Source of the DNA: Nageia nagi
Taxonomy: Eukaryota; Plantae; Pinophyta
Direction: 5' to 3'
NCBI GenBank assembly: GCA_050084985.1
Contig: JBITNC010000001.1
Span: forward strand, 144,708,001 to 144,772,000
Length of the DNA: 64,000 nucleotides
Each line of letters opens with the position of its first letter. Within the stretch, counting starts at the first letter, position 1. This document shows, one piece after another, positions 38,201 through 51,952 of this stretch. Below the pieces are notes generated by a model. It had not been told where the DNA came from and searched no databases. It was given only the letters and a program-made list of their open reading frames with translations. The translations under genes and the position numbers were made by a program.

Positions 38201-40849
38201 GGGATGTTTCCTCTGGTTATATTATATTAAGTCTATGTGAGATAGTGTTATTATTCTTCATTTATTATTATAAGTATCAAATGATGAATGAATACTTCTT
38301 GTCATGTTCAATGATTAGCTTTATATTATTTAACTATTAAGATATTGAATGTAATTTCATTTTCCTATTTTTACATACCTTGTTCATCGATTTATGACTC
38401 CCAATACAAGGCACTAATTTGCATTTTAGTTTATGTCTATTTGATCATTTCTAGGTCATTCTCTCTTGATAATACATTTCCCTTTTAATTTGAATATGAT
38501 AGATCTCAAAGCTTAACAGTAAATTCATAGAAAGAGATCAAATATGGGTTACAATTCCAAGTCATTACTATGTCAATAGGTCTAGTGTTACTATAGGGTG
38601 ACATAGATTACCTAAAAAGGAGATTAATACTAGATAATCTCATACTTCTATTAACACCAGTGAGGATGAACTAGCTACTAGAGGTCCTTATCCAATGATG
38701 TCAACGATGGTTATTCTAAGTATTGGTAAGGAATTAGAACCATTATAAGCAATAAAAAGAGCATGCAAAAGACCTAATAATTAGTTAACCATAGTGATGA
38801 TATCAACAAGAAGTTAGTAAAAGTGCTAAAGGGATGAGGAGCTTCATAATACTTTAAATCTGGTAGCCTTGATCAGATGACATCAACAATAGATAAGTTG
38901 TATACCAATGAATGATAAGACAAAATAAATATGAACTATTACTAGTAAATGATGTAAGGTGATTCAAGAGATCAATATTTGAATTAATTTTTTGGGTCCC
39001 TAGATGATGACATCATCCATATGAGACCTAGAGCCTAATGAAGGATTAGAGTTAGAATATAGAAGTGGAAAGAGCATGCAACAACCTAGAACATTAGTAA
39101 AATGAAATAATGATGTTAGCATGATAAAAGCTATTAGTTTTACACTAATTTTAGGGACTAGATCTAAATGACATCAACAATAGGGAGTTAAAATACAAAA
39201 AAAATTTAAAGCTTGAGTTTGAAGATGATAAAAGTATGCCTAAGTTCAAGCAACTAGTAAACCATAGTGATAATATCACGAAGGATTGAATAACCAATTT
39301 TGGGATTAATACTATGAGAAAGAGATCAATGATGCTACTAATTAAAATTGTAACCTTGGGAAGGAGAAGAAGTCATGATTTACTCATAACCATACATGTA
39401 GTGGCCTAAAAGGCCACTAAAATCTTTCATTAATGTCCCCAAGGTGTCCCAAATGTAGAAGGACTAGTTGTAATGGTATTAGCCATTGAAAAGCTAGCTT
39501 AAGGAGTTGAGAGGCTATAATGTACTACTAGATAAAGTGATTCATGCATGCCACATGAAGGAAATACCACAATATTATGAAAATTCCTCTATGTTTAGTT
39601 TATTTTTCTTTAAAAGATGACTTTGATGATGGGAATTAGTTGTAGTTAAAGTTTAGTTTGTATTTCAAGATATTTTGATGTATTTTTGGCTATAAATACA
39701 AGCCATTTTAATGTAATTAGAGTAAAACATTTAAGTTTTTTTCCCTTGAATGTTATTAAGACTACTTTATAAATACAAGTAAGCCATATTTGACCATTTC
39801 TCAATTATTCATTCATGTATGTGCTTAAATAGTTGTGTATGCTTCATGACTTGTTATACTAATGTTGAATTAGTGTCTGTTAATGTTATACCTAGCTAAG
39901 ATTACTAATGTAGGTGATATGATTAATGGTTGTTAATTTCTATGTCCTTCTAGCCTTTCCACTTAAGGAAGCCCACACTAGTTAGGGATATCAATTTAAA
40001 TTACTTTCTCAAACTCTTTTATTTTATTCCTTTCATGTACCCTATGCCTTTAGATAATAATATAGTAGATTTTCCCTGGAGAGGACTTTGGACCAATAGA
40101 TAAGGCACCAAGCTATTGAAGGTTGAAAATTAAAAGTAGTTCATCCATAGTGGCTCATTTGGTTGCAATTCAAGGGTGCATGAATATTACACAATCTTTA
40201 TCAACACTAAGTATAATAACTAAAACCATGAAACATAATGAACTAGTTTGAGTTTCAATAATATGTTTATCTAAGGATTGAATAATACCATAATATTTCT
40301 TAATTAGGCCCATCAATCAAATCAAATCATGTTGGTAAGAAAATAAACTTAAGATGTTTATATAATTAAAATAATGAGATGATCTTATGGGATCTCGCAA
40401 CAAGGAAATATTCTAGCCCAATCATATGATGTGCAAACTACATGATTGAATTTACTGAGCTACTTAGGTAGTGATATCAATACTTAGGTGATAATATCTA
40501 AATCACATATTTTTTCTATCATTTCTCCATCCTATTTATAATACTTATACCTACAAAATAATACAACAAGGATAGTAGTACCAAATCCAAGCCCTCAAAT
40601 AATAATAATTTATAAATATATGATATAATAATGTATCATTAATCATAGTAATAACATTAAAAAAAAAACTATACCAACAATTCCAATGTCCATAACAATC
40701 TTACAAAGTGATTTGGAATGTTAATATCATATTTGCATCTATATTATATTTTTCTAAAGTTAATGTTTTTTTATTTTTCCAATGTTATTTTTCTCATAAT
40801 TCTTGTAGATTGTAAGATAAAATGAGGTTGATAGTGTGATTATCAATAC

Positions 40850-41200
40850 TAAAGTAGGTATGCAACTCAAATATAACCCCCATCCCTTTTCATCTCTAAA
40901 GCTTATTTTACCCCCCTCCCCCCTAAAAATTGCTTCCCTCTTGGTAACATATGCCCCCTACAAATCCCTTTCCCCTAGTAACCCATATCCGTTGGTAAAC
41001 CCCCCTTATAGTAAAAACCCCTCCCCCCCTCTATTTATAAAATATGTACCAATATATCAATACTTAAACTTGATATTAAAAATACCCCCTTGTAGCACTC
41101 ATGTATTATTTACCATTTCCTATTGATAAACCCTCCCATGGTATAGGTATATACCTCCCTATAATACCAATTAGGGTTTAAAATATTTTCTTATATATAT
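40850..41200. repeat. C-rich block with repeated TTGGTAAACCC(C)-like motifs; possible DNA-transposon terminal region
   Basis: Motif variants at ~40941, 40975, 40992, 41010 and 41123; no partner TIR found. Confidence 0.3.
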
Positions 41201-42595
41201 GGTATACCAAAAAGAACTATATCATTTCCAAAATTCCTAGAATTTTTTTAAAATACTTAACAATCTCCAAAGAATGCCTATTATCTGTAGATCTTGTAAT
41301 AATCACATTCCATAATATTATGTCTTTGTACTATATTTCCTCAAAAATATTTTCAGCTTCCTTAATAAGCTTAGTTTAGCATACATTTCTATCAAAGAAG
41401 CAATAACCAAAAACTAATAGTATCAACATGGAAAAAAGTACTAAATTGAAATGATTATGTACATAAGTAAAATGAAACATGCAATTGTACAAATGTTGAA
41501 TCAATGATAAATTTTATCTTATCTATGATGTGGTCATGTATAAGGAGATCTTCTATCAAGCATCATGTATAAGTACATCTACATGTAGGAGATTGAAAAA
41601 CATATTGTAGGTTTATTAGATATTTTCTTCACATTCATTGTCCTCCTTTCTTGTGTTTTTTCTACTTCATATAATAGAGGAATTGACTCTTAATATTGTT
41701 GACTATTAGAGAATGCTTGAAATTTAGAAAGTTGCAATGGGTGGAAAAATCCATAAATATGTCTATGATAGCATAACAATTCATTATATCTTTGAGATAT
41801 GGATACCTTGAAAGCCTAATCACCATAGTTAGTCAATAGATATTAAACTTGATGTTAATTACAATAAAGTTGATAGGATCAAGGTTATTTTTGAGATATA
41901 TGCCTAGTGCCACCCTACAATTAAGGATTGGATTCACTATTTCATGTTTGAAATGAAAAAAGTTGAATATTTCTAAGGTTCAATAGTGTTATGAAAGGGT
42001 TGTTGAGCAACTTGGTCAAGATGGTCTAACTGAGGAAAATTTTGTGGACATTGCTAAGTTTTAGGAGCATTATAAGAAGTTTGAGGAGTACTTGAGGAGA
42101 GTGTTGGTAATAAGGAAAGAGTCATTTCCATTCTAAGTGGAAGTAATACATATAAATTTTATTTTATGTGGTTATTGTTAATTATTTTGCTTTTGTGTTG
42201 AGGTTGTAAAATTTACTCATATGATCAATCCAAGGCCATGTTATCAAAGTATTTTCCATAACATAGCATTTTATCATACCATTATTTATTAATTTTTTAT
42301 GGATTTCAATATTCTTAGAAGGATGTTGAGATGACCCATAAGGAAACAACACTAACAAACATAAAAATTCTACTATATTTCTATTTCATTCAGGGATGAT
42401 TATGAGGAATATTGTTTGTAACACTCATGAATGTCCATGCCCCATTTTAAAGCCACAAATGTTACACATATAACCATAATACTTATAACAATTATAGAAT
42501 TGGGTTTGAAACTAGTCATTTCTATTTTTTTAAAACATTCAAGAGCCTATAAACCATGCCCATTCTATTCATCTCATATGATCATTACATTTTAT

Positions 42596-45500
42596 TGTTG
42601 AGTATAAAGTGTGATTCATTGGCTAAGTTCAAGTTTTAATACTCCCACAAGAATTTGTTTAACCTATTTTAGGCTAATTTGGGATGGTAATACTCGTATA
42701 AATCCATGGGCTTGGATTGATGTAATTTTGACATTTTTTGTGTGATGTGAAGTAGTTTAGTTTGGTGTAAGGTTTTTGGAGAGAGATTGAGAGTTTTGTA
42801 GTGAGGTTTTGTTGTACCAAGAAGAGGGTTACAACAAGTTTATATTTTTGGTTTTTCTCTTGGTGTATAATTGGAAGATTGATAGTAATCAAAATACTAA
42901 AAGCTTCTCCATAGATGTAGCTCACATTGAGTGAACCATGTTAAACTTATTTTCTCTCCTTATGTGTTTGGTATTTCTTATTGTTATCTTATTTGAATTC
43001 TTTGTCAAATAGTAAAAACTAAATTTGTTAGGTATCAAAGCTATATTTTTTGTTAGGTACTTGATATATCTTGTGTGTATATTTTAGATCAAGTGGAGAG
43101 AATGGAAGAAGAAGGGAGGGTAAGGGTAGATAGATTTAATGGTAAACCCTTTTAATTTTGGAAAATACAAATGAAGGACTACTTATACTAGAAGGACATC
43201 TATCAACCTCTTAAAGAGAAATCAAAGAAGCCCTCATCCATGAGTGATGAAGAGTGGGATATCTTAGATAAAAAGGCCTTGGGTGCTATGAGGGTTTACT
43301 ATTTTTCACATGTAGACTTAAATATTTCAAAGGAGAAAACTACAAAGTGTGTAATTGATACACTAGCCAAAATGATGAAAATCCATCTACATCAAACAAG
43401 GTAAACTTAATGAAAAAAGTTGTTTACCATGAATATGAATGAAGGAAGTTCAATTCAAGATCATATAAATGAGTTCAATACTCTAAGAAACTAATTAATT
43501 TTGGTTAAGATAGAGTTTTTTGATGACATTAGGGATTTGATAATATTATTTTTAGTTCCTAAAAGTCATAATAGTCTTGCAATGAATGTTAGTAATTCTA
43601 CCTCTAACACTACCTTAGTCTTTGATGAAGTTGTTGGAACTATTGTAAGTGAATATATAGAAAAAGGCTATAGGTGAAAGTTCTAGTACAACCCTTACAA
43701 TTATAATTAGAGGTAGATTAAGAGAGAGAGGTAGAGAAAAATCCAAATGGAGGTCACAATCAAGGAGCAAAAGTAAATTGGAATGTTGCTATTGTGGTAA
43801 GAAATGTCACCTTAAAAAGGAACGTTAGTCTAGAAAAGGTAATGATAAGGAAGGAAATGATACCAAAAGTAATAAAAATTAAGAAGAAAATATAGCTAGA
43901 GAAATAATACAAGAAATACTTATTTTGTATCTTGATAGAAATAGTGAATATTAGGTGATTGATTTTGGTGCTTCCTTTCATGCAACTTCACATAAAGAGC
44001 ATTTCATAACTATGTTCTTGGTTACTATAGAAAAGTGTTATTAGGTGATAATCAACCTTGTAAATTTTTTGGTATTGGCACTATTGCAATGCAATTACCT
44101 AATACAACATAATGAAAAATATACAAAATAAGATACATCCCAAATTCAAAAATAAATCTCATATCTGCAAGTAAATTGGATAAGGGTACATGATTTATTT
44201 GGCAATTGTGCTCAAAAAGTTATAAAAGGTTAAATGGTGGTAGCTAGTGGTAGAATGGTGGTTACTCTCTATTTACTTACTGATGTTTCTAACTAATTCA
44301 TGAATCTAATTTTAGTAGGTGAAGATGCAACATTTTAGCATAATATACTTAGTCACATGACCGAGAAAGGTATGGAAATTCTACACTCAAATAAGTTGCA
44401 TTCTAATTTAAAATATATTGAAATGGTATTTTGTGAGGATTGTGTGTATGGTAAAAAAAATAAGAGTATGTTTATTTAAGTTGGAAAACATAGGAAAAGT
44501 GATAAGTTAGAGTTAGTGCATAAAAATGTTTGGGGTCCTTCACAAGTAACTTCACTAGGTGGTTCCTCTTATTTTATCACCTTTATAGATGATGATACAA
44601 GAAAGACACGAGTTTATTGCATTAAGTATAAATATGATGTGTTTGAAAATTTTAAGATTTGGAAGGCATTGGTTGAAAATGAAATTGGTAAAAGGTTAAA
44701 AGGTATCAAATCCATTAATGGTGGTGAGTTTTGTAGTAAAGAGTTTGATGATTTTTATTCATATAATGACCTAAGAAGAATAAAAGTAGTTACAAAGATA
44801 CCTCAAGAAAATAGGGTTATAGAAAGAATGAATAGAACTATTTTGGAATGGGCTAGAAGCATGAGGTTACATATTGGTTTACCTTTACATGTTTGGGCTA
44901 ATGCTATTGACACTGTTATTTACTTAATTAATAGGGGTCCATATAGTGTATTGAAAGGAGTTATTCTAGAAGAGATGTGGAGAGGTAAAAGGGTAAATTA
45001 TTATTTACTTAGAGTCTTTGTATGTGAGGCTTCTAAATACATTGATAAAGAGTTTAGAATGAAACTTGATGCTAAGTATCAAAAATGCTACTTCATTGGA
45101 TATGGTATTGATGGTTTGGGTTACATATTATGGTATGTTGATAATGAGAGGATCATTAGAAGTAGAGATGTAATATTTAATGAAAAATGCATGTACAAAG
45201 ATAAGTTTCAAGTTAAGAAAAAGGAAGAGGATTAAAAGTTTGTAACTCTTGGTGATTTTGATGTGCATGTAAAACTTAAAAATCAAAATTTTGTTCCTAC
45301 ATAAAAAGAACCTTTAACTCCACCTATTGCTGTGAAGAGATCTTAAAGGCTTAGTAAAATAAGAGAATGTTTTTCTCCTACTCTTTATTCTATGCTTTAT
45401 ATTGATAGTGGTGAACATGAATGTTTTGATAAAGCCATAAAAATGAGTACATTGAATAAGTGGGAGCTTGTAATGAATTATGAGATGAATTCTTTACTTC

Positions 45501-47695
45501 AAAATCAAATTTGGGATTTGGTTGAGCTACCCAAATGTAAAAAGCACTAACAAAAAAATGGGTGTAAAAATTGAAATACAAAGGAGATAGACAAATGAGG
45601 TATAAAGAAAGATTATTGGTAAAAGATTTCACTCAAAAGAAAGGTATATACTTTGATGAAATATTTTTACCAATTGTTAACATGACCTCCATTAGAGCAA
45701 TATTGAGTATTATGGCTACAAAAAATATTTTTCTTAAATAATTGGATGTTAAGATAACTTTCCTTAATGGGGATTTAGAGGAGGAGATTAAGATGCAACA
45801 ACCAAAAGTTTTTGAGGTAAAGGGTAGAGAATATTATATATTTAAATTGAAAAAGAACTTATATAAAATTAAACAAGCTCCAAGCCAATCATATCTTATG
45901 TTTTATACATTCATGGGAACTAAAAAGTTTACTAGATGTCAATATGATCATTATGTATATTTGAAGAGAACTAACAATGGAAATTATATTATCTTACTAT
46001 TGTATGTGGATGATATGCTTATTGTAGGTTCTAGTATGCAAGACATTATTAATCTCAATGAAAAGTTGGCTAAAAATTTTGACATGAAGGATTAGTACGG
46101 GGCCAAAAAACTTCTTAGCTTGAGAAGCATAAGGGATAAAGAAAACCATATGCTAAAGTTATCTCAATAGGAATACATTGAGAAGGTGATGAAATAGTTC
46201 AATATGAAGGATATAAAAGGGGTCTATACACCTTTGGAAAAATACTTTAAACTCATAAAATATTTATGTTCTAAGATATAAGAGAAACAAGAATCCATGA
46301 CTAAGGTTCCCTATGCTTCAGTAATTAGGAGTTTGATGTATATCATGGTTTGCACAAGATCGGACATAGAAAAATAAATGGGAGTTTTAAGTAGATTTAT
46401 GAACAATAAAGGAAGAGCAAATTTGGAAGAAGTTAAGTGAATACTTAAGTATTTGAGAGGAACTTCAAATAACTCTTTGAATTTTACAGTTTCTAACATT
46501 TTCTTACAAGGGTATGTGGATTAGATATAGTAGGTGATTAAGATGGTGGGATGAGCATTACATAGTACATAATTACCAAGATACAATATGTTGTAACCCT
46601 CCCAACCATGAAAGTAGAGTATGTTATAACTACTAAAGAAAGGAAGGAGGTGATTTGGTTACAAAGATTGATGAGGGAGTTAGGGAAGGATGAAGAAGAT
46701 GCTACATTGTGGAGTGATAGTCAAAGTGTTATCCATATTTATAAGAACTCAACATAATAATTAATAATAAAACATTTACAACTTAGGTACCATTTCACAA
46801 ACTCTATAATGGATTATGGTTCATTGAAGTTAGAAAAGATTCATACATATCAAAACCTTGCTAACATGCTCATAAAGGTTGTAACAAGGGAGAAGTTGAG
46901 TTTTTACTCAACTTTAGTTGGTCTCAAGGAATGAGAGGCCATAATAAGAAACTTTCAATACCTTAATGCAACATGGTATAGTAATATCAGTCTCCAAGTG
47001 GGAGATTGTTGAGCATGGAGCCTGATCCATTGGCTAAGTTTGAGTTTTCATACTCTCTTTTCTAAATGGTATGCACAAGGCCGATCATGAAGATCGATTA
47101 GGTAACCAATTGACCAATTAAGATAGGCCCATTATAAGTGTTGGTTTATTATTTAGTTTGGAGGAGGTTGATCATGGGGTCATGACTAGTTTGATGGTGG
47201 ATGATCAATAGAAAGAAGTTGTTAAACTCTAATTTGGGTAGTCAAATGCACTCTCCATGATATTTTAATTCATGAGTTGGGGGTTACACTTTGTTGGAAC
47301 ATTTCCAAAGGATTAATTTGACCTATTTTGGGCTAATTTGGGATTGTAATACTCTTATAAATCCATGGTCTTGGATTGATGTAAGTTGGCATGTTTTGTG
47401 TGATATGAAGTAGTGCAATTTGATGCAAGTTTATTGGAGAGAGATTGAGAATTTTGTAGTGAGGTTTTATTGTACCAAAAAGAGGGTCAAATAAGGTTAT
47501 GCTATTGGTTTATCTCTTGGTGGCTTGGAATATTGATGATAATCAAAGGATTGAAAGTCTCTTTGTGTATGTAGCTCACATTGAGTGAACCATGTTAAAC
47601 TTGTCCCTCTCCTTATGTGTTTGGTATTGCTTATTGCTATCTTATTTGGATTATTTTACAAATAGTATAAGTTGTATTGCTAAATTTTTTATTCA
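42596..47695 (+). mobile_element. Copia-2: decayed Ty1/copia element (Tork/Tnt1-like)
   Basis: LTRs 42596-~43026 (with a ~250-bp internal deletion) and 47007-~47695. Degenerate PBS AGGTATCAAAGC near 43030; PPT CCAAGTGGGAGAT. gag ATG at 43102 (MEEEGRVRVDRFNG), integrase ORF 44516-45235, RT LLYVDDMLI, pol ends ~46934. Right ends approximate; no clear TSD. Confidence 0.93.
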
Positions 47696-48326
47696 AAAAT
47701 AATATAAGCTAACATCTATGATATTGTATCTTTCTACTGAATTTGACTAATTTGCTTGTAATAAACATCTCATACATACTTGGGTAGTAGAAATCAATGA
47801 AATTTATTGGGAAAATATTTACTTAAAAATAGTTAATTAGGTTTACTATATATTTTTTCAATACATACAAATAAAATAGTAAATCGCCATTTTTATAATG
47901 ATATCATGCTTTTTGCAATTATTATTAAGAGATAAAAAATATGGGGGATAAAAATAAATCATATAACCATAAGCATAATTAAATAAAAAAAAAGTATACA
48001 AGCATAATCATTTATGTTTAATTAAAGGAATTTACTTTAAATATTCTTAAATTCTTTTAGATTTCTTCTTGCATTATGTTTCATTAGTGTAATATTTTTT
48101 TGATTACTTATTTTAACATTAGGGTGATTATTAGGCCATAAGGGTGATTATGAATATTCCCTCATCACCCCTTAGTATGATGTAAACCTAGAATAATTTT
48201 CTCATATGTTATATCCTTCACACATACAAAGATGCTTGAACTTACACCATTTTGGAAGCTTCACACATCTTGCATTGGATAATTATTAGGTGAAGAGGTG
48301 ATTTATTACCTCTTCTAATGTATATT

Positions 48327-51300
48327 TGATCCAGGTGGATATTGGGGGCCACCCGCCTATTCCACTTGGGCCCCCACCATTGTCTCTTTCAGTTTGTCAG
48401 TTTCGGCATAACTTACTATTTTTAGCAATTTTTGGGTCTTGAACTTTTGGAGCCATTTTGAGGCCCTAAATGACATTTTTTGGGTATCATTTTTCCAATT
48501 TAGAAAATGAAATTCATCCTAAAAGTTGTAGTCCTCAAATATATCTTTCCAACAATGTATCATGTGCATTAAACGGAGATAGTATGCAAAAGTTACGTCC
48601 CTGGGAAGTTGAAACACCAATTTACCCAAACGGGGCCCATAGTTTTGGCACCTCATCTCCTAGGGTTAGGTTTTTGGGATGTTTAGGGTTCTCCATTATT
48701 TCTCAATAATAAATAGGTCCTCAAGCCTCATTGTAACTAAGTTCAGAGGCCTGTAGCTGCAACATCTCTTCTCAGAGATAGTTACCAGTGTCCTAGCTAG
48801 TTTTAATTTCCATTCTGTCTCTAAGCAAATTTCATTCTTTGACATTAATGGAATGAAGTGTTATTTCTGCTGCATCTCTATATTTATGGTTATATGTTTA
48901 TTCTATTGCATTCCTACATAAATTCAGATCAGTGGTATCAGAGCGATCTATTTTTTTCTCGATCCTTCTTTCATGTCCCCAACGAGGTCAAGGTATAAGG
49001 AGCTAGGGCTTGATTTGGTGGAACCTTTGCAAGATTAGCCTCGCAAAACTCAATGGACACCCATGGGGGATGAAAAGAAAGGTGAGGAGTAGGAGATCCT
49101 ATCAAAATATTACTTGAGTAGGCCCTCGAAAGACAAAGGAATGTGATGATGGATAACTTTGCTCAGATCCTTCAACGGTTGCCCATCGGTGGTGCATCTG
49201 CATCCAGTAGCCACTCTGGCATTGCAACTCCTTTTAAGGTACAAGTAAATTTTGACATTCCCATATTTGAGGGTCAAATAGATGCTAATGCCATAGATAG
49301 ATGGTTGAATCTATTAGAAGGATATTTCTCTATGCATGACTTTTCAGATAGGGAGAAGATTATTTTTGCACTCCTCAAAGCTACCCCCCATGTTAAGGAC
49401 TGGTGGGAAACCTACTGTGAGAACAAGGACCAAATAGAACCCTCTCTATTCTTGGCTGTACCAACTTGGAATTCTTTCTGAGATGTCGTAAAGGAATAGT
49501 ACTATCCCATGGGGAGCTATGAGGACAAGTACATACAATGGACCACGCTGCAACAATAAAGGGATCAAGATGTGCATGAGCTGATGAATTTGTTCCATAC
49601 CCTATGCACAAAGTTGGGTATCAAAGAATCAAAGAAACATTTGGTGCTAAAGTATCATAGTTGTCTACACAGATACATTCAGGAGGAAATGGAGTTCCTC
49701 GACATCTCCTCGCTTGGTACGGCATACCGATATGCTACCAAGATTGAGTAGAAATTCAAATAGAAGAAGTGAGACTTTGGATCTACAAATTAAAAGCCAC
49801 AAGAAAAGAACAACATCATAAAGCCAAAGAAGGACACGAGAAAGTGGTGTGAGTTCCATAAGAGCTCCACTCACAACATAAGTGAGTGTCGGGCCAAGTA
49901 GTCGCTAGTGGCCGAGATGAGGGCTTTTGAGTCAGATGCATACTTTGACTCTGAATCAGAACCTAAAAAGGGGAATGAAAATGGGAAATAGATTATTAAT
50001 ACAGATCCCAACACCATTGTTGCCACTACAAAGGTCTAGAAGGAGGAATCAAAAGATCCAGAGGAGGAGGAACGTCTCTTCCACTCCCAAATGTGGGTAA
50101 AGGGCTCCCCTATACAGTTCATTATCGATAATGGGAGCCAAAAGAATCTCATTTCTATAGATTTTATGAAGTGGTTGGGCTTGCCGATCATAGCTCACCC
50201 ACATCCATACACCATCAGGTGGCTTCACCAAGGATGAGATCTTCACATCAGCCAGTAGTGTCGCCTTCCCTATAGCATCAAGCCCTTCATGGATGAGGTA
50301 TTATGTGATGTTGCTCCTATTGATGTTTTTGATGTATTATTAGGACAACCATACTTATGGAAGCGTCATGCTATGTATGAGTCTCGACCTCATGCTATTA
50401 TTATTACTTTAGGAAATAAGTTGTATAGGATACCAAAGGTACCACCTCCTATGGCTATCTCTTTGGTTACTATAAAATAATGTAGCAAGCTCATTTCCCA
50501 CACCAAGAAATTCATTTTCCTGATGATCTGCCCCTAGGGCAAGAAGAAGACTATGGCCATGACCTCCAGATAGGGCCCCTCTACATGATAATAACAAATG
50601 GATAAGGTTATGGAGGAGTACGGGGACATCTTCACCTCACCCACAGGGGTTCCTCTGCACTGTCAGGTCAAGCACTTAATTGATCTGACCCTAGGTGCAT
50701 CGCTACCTAATGGATCAATCTATCAGCACTCTATTATGGAAAATAATGAAATCAAGAAGCACATCCAGTCTAAAGTTGACAAAGCAAGTAGCTTCATTGA
50801 GCACATTCAACACATCTGCCAACAGGTTCATGATATATTGGACAGAGCCAATGCGAAGTACAAGTAGTGCCATGATCAACATCGGGTGCCACACAACTTC
50901 CAGGTGGGAGACAAAGTATGGCTACATTTGTAGAAGGAGCACCTCACTAGACCTACTTTGATACGGGTTGTACAACATCACCAAGGCTGTAGGGAACAAT
51001 GCATTCAAGCTTGGGATTCCACCATTCCTTGGACTGCACCCAGTCTTCAATGTGGATCGCCTTCATCCTTACTTCCCACCTCTACTGGACACTTCAAACA
51101 TTGCAGAACAACTCACACCAACAGAGTTAAACCAAAACTACATGGAATAGGCCACCATAGATTGTATCATGGACATGCAAATCAAGAACACTCACCAACA
51201 GAGGATCAACTATATCAGGTTGTCAAAGCTGGCCAACTCCTGCACCAAGGAAAGTGGTTCACCAGGGACCAAGTTCAGCAAAAAATTCCTCATCTCATGG

Positions 51301-51952
51301 AGGAACTTAACGTAATGGGGACCATTGCTTTCTAAGGGGGGAGGAATGATCCAGGTGGATATTGGGGGCCACCCGCCTATTCCATTTGGGCCCCCACCAT
51401 TGTCTCTTTTAGTTTGTCAGTTTCGACATAACTTACTATTTTTAGCAGTTTTTGGGTCTTGAACTTTCAGAGCCATTTTGAGGCTCTAAATGATGTTTTT
51501 TTGGGTATCATTTTTCTAGTTCATAAAATGAAATTTTTCCTAAAAGTTGTAGTCCTCAAATAGATCTTTCTAATGATGTATCATGTGTGTTAAACGGAGA
51601 TAGTATGCAAAAGTTACGTCCTTGGGAAGTTGAAACACCAATTTACCCAAACGAGGCCCATAGTTTTGGCACTTCATCTCCTAGGGTTAGGTTTTTGGGA
51701 TGTTTAGGGTTCTCCATTATTTCTCAATAATAAATAGGTCCTTGTGCCTCATTGTAACTAAGTTCAAAGGCCTGTAGCTGCAACATCTCTTCTCAGAGAT
51801 AGCTACTAGTGTCCTAGCTAGTTTTTATTTCCATTCTGTCTCTAAGCAAATTTCATTCTTTGACATTAATGGAATGAAGTGTTATTTCCATTGCATCTCT
51901 ATATTTATGGTTATATGTTTATTCTATTGCGTTCCTACATAAATCTGGATCA
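48327..51952 (+). mobile_element. Non-autonomous CRM-like Ty3/gypsy element (TR-GAG-like), 3626 bp
   Basis: LTRs 48327-48931 and 51347-51952 (TGATCC...GATCA). Perfect TSD ATATT. PBS TGGTATCAGAGC at 48933-48944; PPT AAGGGGGGAGGAA. gag PFKVQVNFDIPIFEG and protease FIIDNGSQKNLIS present; RT/RH/IN core absent; integrase C-terminus retained. Confidence 0.96.

Larger units (their letters stand above)
25208..38656 (+). mobile_element. ~4.3-kb solo-LTR-like unit (25208-25416 + 34554-38656) containing a decayed ~3.3-kb ORF
   Basis: Starts TGTTG and ends TTAACA; interrupts the outer unit's repeat array. The ORF starts at the ATG duplicated in the TSD of the nested element and runs, broken, to ~37800. 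No gag/pol motifs; TSD not recognisable. Confidence 0.5.
21746..40206 (+). mobile_element. Outer old LTR-like unit (21746-25207 + 38657-40206) with decayed acidic and coiled-coil ORFs and ~300-bp internal repeats
   Basis: Broken + strand frames 21750-22330 and 23000-24475. Repeat unit at 24910-25207 recurs at 38660-38970 and, more diverged, to ~39300. U5-like tail ends ...TTATCAACA at 40206. Left end not found. Confidence 0.45.

Noticed and set aside
40836-41126. Proline-rich, extensin-like 96-aa ORF
   Set aside because: An artefact of C-rich repeats; GTG start and no signal peptide.
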